A stretch of 64,000 nucleotides of DNA from contig JBEKDT010000001.1 in assembly GCA_050014195.1 (NCBI GenBank), positions 384,001-448,000 on the forward strand, given 5' to 3'. The translations under genes were made by a program, and so were the position numbers. The stretch is from Desulfomonilia bacterium (GTDB taxonomy: Bacteria; Desulfobacterota; Desulfomonilia; UBA1062). The notes beneath the pieces were generated by a model. It saw nothing but the letters and a program-made list of their open reading frames with translations, did not search any database and was not told where the DNA came from. Every line of letters starts with the position of its first letter. Within the stretch, counting starts at the first letter, position 1. This document shows positions 58,774 through 64,000 of this stretch, piece by piece.

Positions 58774-60099
58774 TTATTTCCGAGGTGCAACTCTTCGGTA
58801 GTTCATATTTGACATCAGTGCAAACATCATCGAGGTGAAACTCCGCGTATTCTTCAAGGTAGAAACGGCTTTGCGAAGCAACACCGGCCAGGCGTAAATC
58901 TGCCGGTGGATCTCGATCATTTTTTGGGAAAGCTGCTCAGGCTCCATGCTGCCGGGACGATGGATCACCTCGGTCATGTCATAATGATTCCAATCTATGG
59001 GGAAGTTAGTATAGAGCAACCGATTCTCTTTATAATACCTGTCGAAAACCCGAGTGCCGGCAAGCGGCGTAAGAAATGTGGTTTGCATCACATCTATTTG
59101 ACTTCGGATCATAAAGTCGGCACGTTGCTGCAGTTTATCAGCCGTATCACCATCCATTCCGAAGATGAAGGCCCCTAAAACAGCAATCCCTGCCTTGTTG
59201 ATGCGACGGAATGCCTGGGAGTAGTAATCTACTCCCCGCTTGATATTGAGTTGTTTGTGAACCTCTTCCAAGGCACCCTCATCCTCTGCTTCAAGCCCAA
59301 GGAAGACCATCCTGCAACCGGCACGCCTCGCCCAGAAAAGCACTTCCTCATCATCCCCGAAGTTAAGCGAGGCCTGGCAGAACCACCATTTGTTCAACTT
59401 ACGCTCCACCATACCCTTGAAGATCGCCAATGCCTGATCCCGTGACTCTTTGCCGTACCCGATGATATTGTCATCCACAAAGAATATCCTTTTCTCAGGG
59501 ATAGTCTCCAGTTCAGCCAGTACTTCCCCGGGGGGACGCCGCCGGTATCGCTTCCCATTAAAGGCTGTAACCGAGCAGAATTCGCAGTCCATGGGACAAC
59601 CCCGCGAGGTCTGCACGGAGGCGAACATATAGCGTGGATGAAATAAGTCACGTCGCGGGTTCGGTGCACCTGACAGGTCGGTCCATCCTCCCTTGTATAT
59701 CTTTTGCAGATGTCCTGCCTCAACATCCGATATTACGTGCAGCCAGACGGCCTCTGCTTCGCCTATGACAACAGCATCAACATATTGAAGGGCTTCTTCC
59801 GGTCGGATTGACGCATGAATCCCGCCTATGACCACAGGTACCCTCCGCTGTCGATAGATCGAGGCAATTTCATATGCCCGATTGGCAGAAGCGGTAAAGG
59901 CTGTGATGCCCACTAAATCCGCATCTTGATATGAGAAAGACTCCCAGTTCTCATCAAGCAGCTTTACCTTCCAGGAAGATGGTGTGACTGCTGCGACAAT
60001 TCCCAAGCCGATAGGGGGAAACCGGGAAGACCTGTTGACCGTGAGACCAACACGCGCAGGGTTCACAGGGTTGATCAGGACCAGTCTTGGGCGCTTCAT
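58774..60099 (-). CDS. B12-binding radical SAM protein
   Basis: PPIGL..VAA, VVIGGIHAS, GEAE, SRGCPMDCEFC, FVDDN. Confidence 0.92.
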   Translation of the reverse strand: MKRPRLVLINPVNPARVGLTVNRSSRFPPIGLGIVAAVTPSSWKVKLLDENWESFSYQDADLVGITAFTASANRAYEIASIYRQRRVPVVIGGIHASIRPEEALQYVDAVVIGEAEAVWLHVISDVEAGHLQKIYKGGWTDLSGAPNPRRDLFHPRYMFASVQTSRGCPMDCEFCSVTAFNGKRYRRRPPGEVLAELETIPEKRIFFVDDNIIGYGKESRDQALAIFKGMVERKLNKWWFCQASLNFGDDEEVLFWARRAGCRMVFLGLEAEDEGALEEVHKQLNIKRGVDYYSQAFRRINKAGIAVLGAFIFGMDGDTADKLQQRADFMIRSQIDVMQTTFLTPLAGTRVFDRYYKENRLLYTNFPIDWNHYDMTEVIHRPGSMEPEQLSQKMIEIHRQIYAWPVLLRKAVSTLKNTRSFTSMMFALMSNMNYRRVAPRK

Positions 60100-60166
60100 G
60101 TTATAGACAATTCCTTGTTATGGTCGGTTATTACGTCCCGACCTCATTTAAAAATAAAATGAACAG

Positions 60167-60211
60167 CAGCATTATAATGTTGTAATACCCAACCATTGTA
60201 TTATAATACAA
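60167..60211. promoter_or_regulatory. Tandem palindromic operators, probably for MarR
   Basis: CAGCATTATAATGTTG (60167-60182) and perfect TTGTATTATAATACAA (60196-60211). Confidence 0.65.
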
Positions 60212-60251
60212 ATAGAGAATGCAACTATTATTGTGAAAGGAAGAAACTATA

Positions 60252-60701
60252 ATGCCTCTTACAGATAAGGAATCCCTGCAATTGAATCAGGCATTGTTCA
60301 GCATGTCACACGCCTACCATTTGCGTACTGCAAAATATGAAAAAAAGAATCCGACCGGTCTTGCCTTTTCTGATCGGGCGGTGCTCATGGTTTTGGGCCA
60401 GCTGGCGCCGATCAACTCCCGCCAATTATCGAACTTGATGACCATCAATCCCGGCACGATTTCTCAGTATGTCCATAGCCTTGTCAAGAAAGGGCTGGTC
60501 GAAAAAAAACAAGATGAAAATGACCGGCGTAAATGGTGGTTGAGTCTTACGAAAAAAGGGCAGGCCATCTATCAGGAAACAGTCTCAAAAGCGATTGTAT
60601 ACACTAGAGATTTCATATCCTCACTGAGTGAAAAGGAACAAAAGACACTCCATCAATTGCTTTTAAAAGCGTCCCACGCCCTGGGATACGAGTGGCAATA
60701 G
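60252..60701 (+). CDS. MarR family regulator
   Basis: wHTH, LVKKGLV....D..DRR...L.LT.KG. Confidence 0.92.
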   Translation: MPLTDKESLQLNQALFSMSHAYHLRTAKYEKKNPTGLAFSDRAVLMVLGQLAPINSRQLSNLMTINPGTISQYVHSLVKKGLVEKKQDENDRRKWWLSLTKKGQAIYQETVSKAIVYTRDFISSLSEKEQKTLHQLLLKASHALGYEWQ

Positions 60702-61879
60702 AAATGCGGATTTTGTGGGCAGTCAGCTCACTCGGCAAAGGTCACATCATGCGTGACATTGCAATAGTCAACCAACTTCAGAGGTTGACAGATGTAGAAG
60801 TTGACTGGCTTGTCCCTGATCCCGGCGGAGAATTCATGCGCAACAGGGGTTATACCGTCCTTGATCATTCAGGGCTCTTGTCCGGCAGCGGAAAGGTCTA
60901 TGCCCAGGTTTTTGATGGCAGTTCAAACGAGATCAACCTGATGAGGTATACAAAGGCCGATACGAGACTTCACAAGCATGATTTTTTTGTGAGTAAGAAG
61001 GCATGGGAAGATAAGGTATATAATGTAATCATCGGTGACGAGGCCTTCTGGCTCCTCACCGGATTTGCTTCAAGATGGGCAGCTAAGCCTGCCCCTTTTA
61101 TTTTCCTCACGGATTTTATCGGTGTAAAGTCAATGCAGCCCGACATGAATGATATTCTCTTTGCCTGGTATAACAATCTCAAGTTCACCATGAGTTTTTT
61201 AGGACCGGATATCTACATCTACATTGGATACGCAGAAGAAATCCCTGACGAGCCGATGGGTTTTCTGCTTCCGGGCAGGAGATCCTGGGCGCGGCGCCAC
61301 TGCCGTTTTGTAAGACCCATTGTCAGCTTTGATCCTGAGGCCCTCCCTAATAAATCAACGCTGCGCGAAAATCTCGGATTGCCGGTTCATAAAACATTGT
61401 TCATTGCAACAGTAGGCCCGGAAGGAGACGCTTATAAACGAACAACAGACATAGAGTCGGTTCTGGAGCTCTTGCGGTCTGATTACCCGGATGCCCATTT
61501 TGTTATGGTCAGCCCGGAGGCAGGTAGGAAAGACTGGATTCAATACCATGGATACCTTGATGAGCTGTATAAATACTTTGCAGCAGCGGATTTCGTTTTG
61601 ACCCAATCAGGATATGGGAAGGTTGCGGAGCTTGCTGCAACAGGAACGCCCTTCATCGCTGTTCCCCTGGATTTTCACTTTGAGCAGGAATACGTGATGG
61701 CTCACCGTTTGGACCACTACGGGGTGGGAAAGATAGTGACTCTTCGCAATAATTCCCCTGAAACGATTGCTGCAATGGCCCTTCAATTAATGGGTCAAGG
61801 TGGACGAAGGGTATCGGTAGACGACGGAACAGAGGTCGCCTGTATTATCCTGAAAGCAGGGAAGCACACAAGTGCATGA
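60692..61879 (+). CDS. GT-B glycosyltransferase (GT28/MurG-like C-terminus)
   Basis: SLGKGH..R, AADFVLTQSGYG..AE....GTP.I.VP....FEQ. Confidence 0.8.
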   Translation: MAIEMRILWAVSSLGKGHIMRDIAIVNQLQRLTDVEVDWLVPDPGGEFMRNRGYTVLDHSGLLSGSGKVYAQVFDGSSNEINLMRYTKADTRLHKHDFFVSKKAWEDKVYNVIIGDEAFWLLTGFASRWAAKPAPFIFLTDFIGVKSMQPDMNDILFAWYNNLKFTMSFLGPDIYIYIGYAEEIPDEPMGFLLPGRRSWARRHCRFVRPIVSFDPEALPNKSTLRENLGLPVHKTLFIATVGPEGDAYKRTTDIESVLELLRSDYPDAHFVMVSPEAGRKDWIQYHGYLDELYKYFAAADFVLTQSGYGKVAELAATGTPFIAVPLDFHFEQEYVMAHRLDHYGVGKIVTLRNNSPETIAAMALQLMGQGGRRVSVDDGTEVACIILKAGKHTSA

Positions 61880-62137
61880 CAATACGTCAGTTCAACACAG
61901 AGAAATTCTAAAAACGCTTTGCTTGAGTAAAAGGATAAGGGGGTCGGTAATTCTGCTCGGCTAGGTCCAGGAGATAAATACCAGGATAGAGTATACCAGA
62001 ATGCTTATTGCAAATAACATTCTCATCAACTTCTCCTTCATGGATGGGCTTGTTACAAGTTGGTGCCCACATATACCTTTGTTTTTCAAGTTTCAAGAGG
62101 AATTATTATGGAAACAAACCGTGATTGATCTTTTCCC

Positions 62138-62560
62138 TTACACGAGCTCTTCGAGGATTTTTACTGCATCTTGCACATATTTAACGCACCGGACGGCAAA
62201 GATGGCCTTTTCCCGGGCCTCGGCCAGTTGCTCGGGTTTGCCCAGGTCGTACCCGATAAGCTCGGTGCAGTTGATGGAGCCGTGGAGCCTGGTGAACCGG
62301 TCAACGAACTCCCGCACGACCTCATAGGTCCCTTCCTTCATCTCGGGCCCGCCGCCGTGCTTCAGCCCGATAGCCATAAGAGCGCCTGTAACGGCACCGC
62401 AGGTGAGACCCAGGTGCGAGATGCCGCCGCCGAATGCACATGCAACCTTCGATGCCGTAAGCTGGTCCATGCCGAAGTCCCCGGCAAAGGCCATGAGCAC
62501 TGCCTGGGCGCAGGAGTGTTTGGTTGAGAACAATTGCATGGCATGTTCTGTCTTTGTCAT
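62138..62560 (-). CDS. C-GCAxxG-C-C family redox protein
   Basis: SCAQAV, FGGG, TCGAVTG, GSINC.EL, C..YV. Confidence 0.9.
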   Translation of the reverse strand: MTKTEHAMQLFSTKHSCAQAVLMAFAGDFGMDQLTASKVACAFGGGISHLGLTCGAVTGALMAIGLKHGGGPEMKEGTYEVVREFVDRFTRLHGSINCTELIGYDLGKPEQLAEAREKAIFAVRCVKYVQDAVKILEELV

Positions 62561-62587
62561 AGTTACCTTTATACATTATTTTTAAGA

Positions 62588-62633
62588 AAAAGGAACGCCG
62601 CACTGTCATGAATGAGGTCGTAACAGCGCGGCG
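62588..62633 (-). terminator. Probable terminator after hpf
   Basis: Minus strand CGCCGCGCTGT..ACAGTGCGGCG then TTCCTTTTT. Confidence 0.55.
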
Positions 62634-62661
62634 CGATATGCCTAGAGACGATGAGTGATCT

Positions 62662-63189
62662 TCAGATTTGGGGTTCTACCAAAGCAAGCTCTCCGTCCTG
62701 GCGTTTGTAGATAAGATTGAGCTGCTTTGAATCCGTGTTCTGGAAGATAATAAAGTTTTGTGGTGCTTCACCCATCTCCATGACGGCCTCGTCAACACTC
62801 ATGGGCCTGACGGGATAGTTCTTCTCATAGATGAGGCGCTGTTTTGCCTTTTTGCTGACCGGGGGCGCAGCTGCCACTGTTGCCGCCTTACCCTGCTGGG
62901 TCTTCTTACCCTGGAGCTTCTCCTTGTACTTCTTGAGCTGCCTTTCAAGCTTATCCATCACCATGTCGATGGCTGCATACAAGTCCTCGGTGATCTCTAC
63001 GGCGTTGATGACCGTGCCGTCCGCGGTGAGGGTGACATCAGCCTTGTGCCGGCGCTTTTCCACAGAAAGGACGACATGCGCTTCAGCGGTGCGGTCGATG
63101 TATCTGTCCATCTTCGAGAGCCTTTTGAACGCGTAGTCTTTCAGCGCATCGGAAGAGTCAATGTTCTTAAAGGTAATGTCGGTCTGCAT
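62662..63189 (-). CDS. hpf: Ribosome hibernation promoting factor (long HPF/RaiA)
   Basis: ALKDYA..RL, DLYAAID....KLERQL, PMSVDEA, Y.R.DG; directly follows rpoN. Confidence 0.93.
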   Translation of the reverse strand: MQTDITFKNIDSSDALKDYAFKRLSKMDRYIDRTAEAHVVLSVEKRRHKADVTLTADGTVINAVEITEDLYAAIDMVMDKLERQLKKYKEKLQGKKTQQGKAATVAAAPPVSKKAKQRLIYEKNYPVRPMSVDEAVMEMGEAPQNFIIFQNTDSKQLNLIYKRQDGELALVEPQI

Positions 63190-63218
63190 AAATCCTCCTC
63201 TCGTGGTTAAACAATGAT

Positions 63219-64000
63219 TTAAAAGTGTTTCTTCCTCCGGTTTGAAGGAAGAATACCAAGCAGCTCACGGTACTTGGCAACGGTCCTGCGTGCTATCCTC
63301 ACCCCTTTCCCTTTCAGTTTATGGGCTATGGCCTGGTCGCTCAGGGGATGTTTGGCATCCTCCGCCTTGATGATATTTTCAATTTCATTCTTAACGCTCT
63401 GGGATGCGATAAAACTTCCGTCGCTCTTGGATATACCGCTGTTGAAGAAATACTTGAGCTCGAATGTGCCCTGGGTCGTATGCACATATTTATTAGATGT
63501 AACCCTGCTGATGGTGGATTCATGCATGCCCACATCATCGGCAACGTCTCTGAGGACTAATGGTTTCAGGTTCGTGATACCGTGGTCGAGAAAATCTTTC
63601 TGGAACTTGACGATGCTCTCTGTGACCTTGCACAGGGTATTCTGCCTCTGCTGGATGCTCTTTAAAAGCCACTGGGCAGACTTGTAGCAGTCGGAGAGGT
63701 AGTCCTTGGCCATCTTGCCCATATTGTCGGACTTCATCATGATCTGGTATTCTTTGTTGAGCTTGAGCATGGGCAGATCCTCCTCATTGAGCAGGATCAT
63801 ATACTCCCCCTCCATTTTCACCACATACACATCCGGGACGATGTACTGGGGGGGATCGTCTGAGTAATCACGGGCGGGACGGGGTTCCATGTTGACGATG
63901 ATCTGGGCGGCCTGTGCCACATCATCCACGGTTGCAGAAAGCTCCTGGGCGATCTTGTTGTAGTTTTTGGTCTGGAGGTCCTCCAGGTGGGAATCGATTA
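63219..64000 (-). CDS. rpoN: RNA polymerase sigma-54 factor, C-terminal part (truncated by the window)
   Basis: HESTISRVT, ELKYFF, PLSDQ, RpoN box ARRTVAKYRE. Confidence 0.96.
   Translation of the reverse strand, partial: IDSHLEDLQTKNYNKIAQELSATVDDVAQAAQIIVNMEPRPARDYSDDPPQYIVPDVYVVKMEGEYMILLNEEDLPMLKLNKEYQIMMKSDNMGKMAKDYLSDCYKSAQWLLKSIQQRQNTLCKVTESIVKFQKDFLDHGITNLKPLVLRDVADDVGMHESTISRVTSNKYVHTTQGTFELKYFFNSGISKSDGSFIASQSVKNEIENIIKAEDAKHPLSDQAIAHKLKGKGVRIARRTVAKYRELLGILPSNRRKKHF

Noticed and set aside
61880-62137. Intergenic gaps (also 58540-58773 and 52142-52314) as hidden genes or RNAs
   Set aside because: No convincing ORF, promoter-terminator pair or stable structure found by eye
1-64000. 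CRISPR array, prophage, transposase, selenoprotein or programmed frameshift
   Set aside because: No spaced direct repeats, phage or IS genes, or interrupted reading frames seen; recognised genes appear full length

Overview
This is core chromosome of a roughly 50-55% GC bacterium. The gene content (long-form HflX, RicT-MetG, GGDDF/HDOD pair, fatty-acid and anaerobic redox enzymes, sigma54) suggests Desulfobacterota/Deltaproteobacteria, which is an inference. The housekeeping backbone is ftsEX-envC-ctpA, hflX, serS with tRNA-Ser, xerC-hslVU, ricT-metG-purB-pyrE-tsaD-rsmA, glgC-rimO-kdsD, metK-ahcY, thrC, purC, purHDE and rpoN-hpf. I found no CRISPR array, prophage or transposase. The most notable non-routine signals are: (1) a candidate ~214-nt structured ncRNA at 43894-44107 with its own sigma28-like promoter and terminator; (2) a Crp/Fnr-controlled module of thioredoxin, a FadL-like channel with a Cys pair, a 1026-aa FAD/Fe-S/CCG enzyme with a Met/Pro-repeat tail, and flavoredoxin; (3) an hflX that appears to need a non-AUG (ATC) start and sits behind an orphan RfaH-like gene; (4) several probable leaderless mRNAs; (5) an ExbD lacking the essential Asp; (6) an AT-rich island with a NucS-like nuclease; (7) three different small palindromic repeat elements. 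All assignments come from motif recognition by eye; no searches were run.
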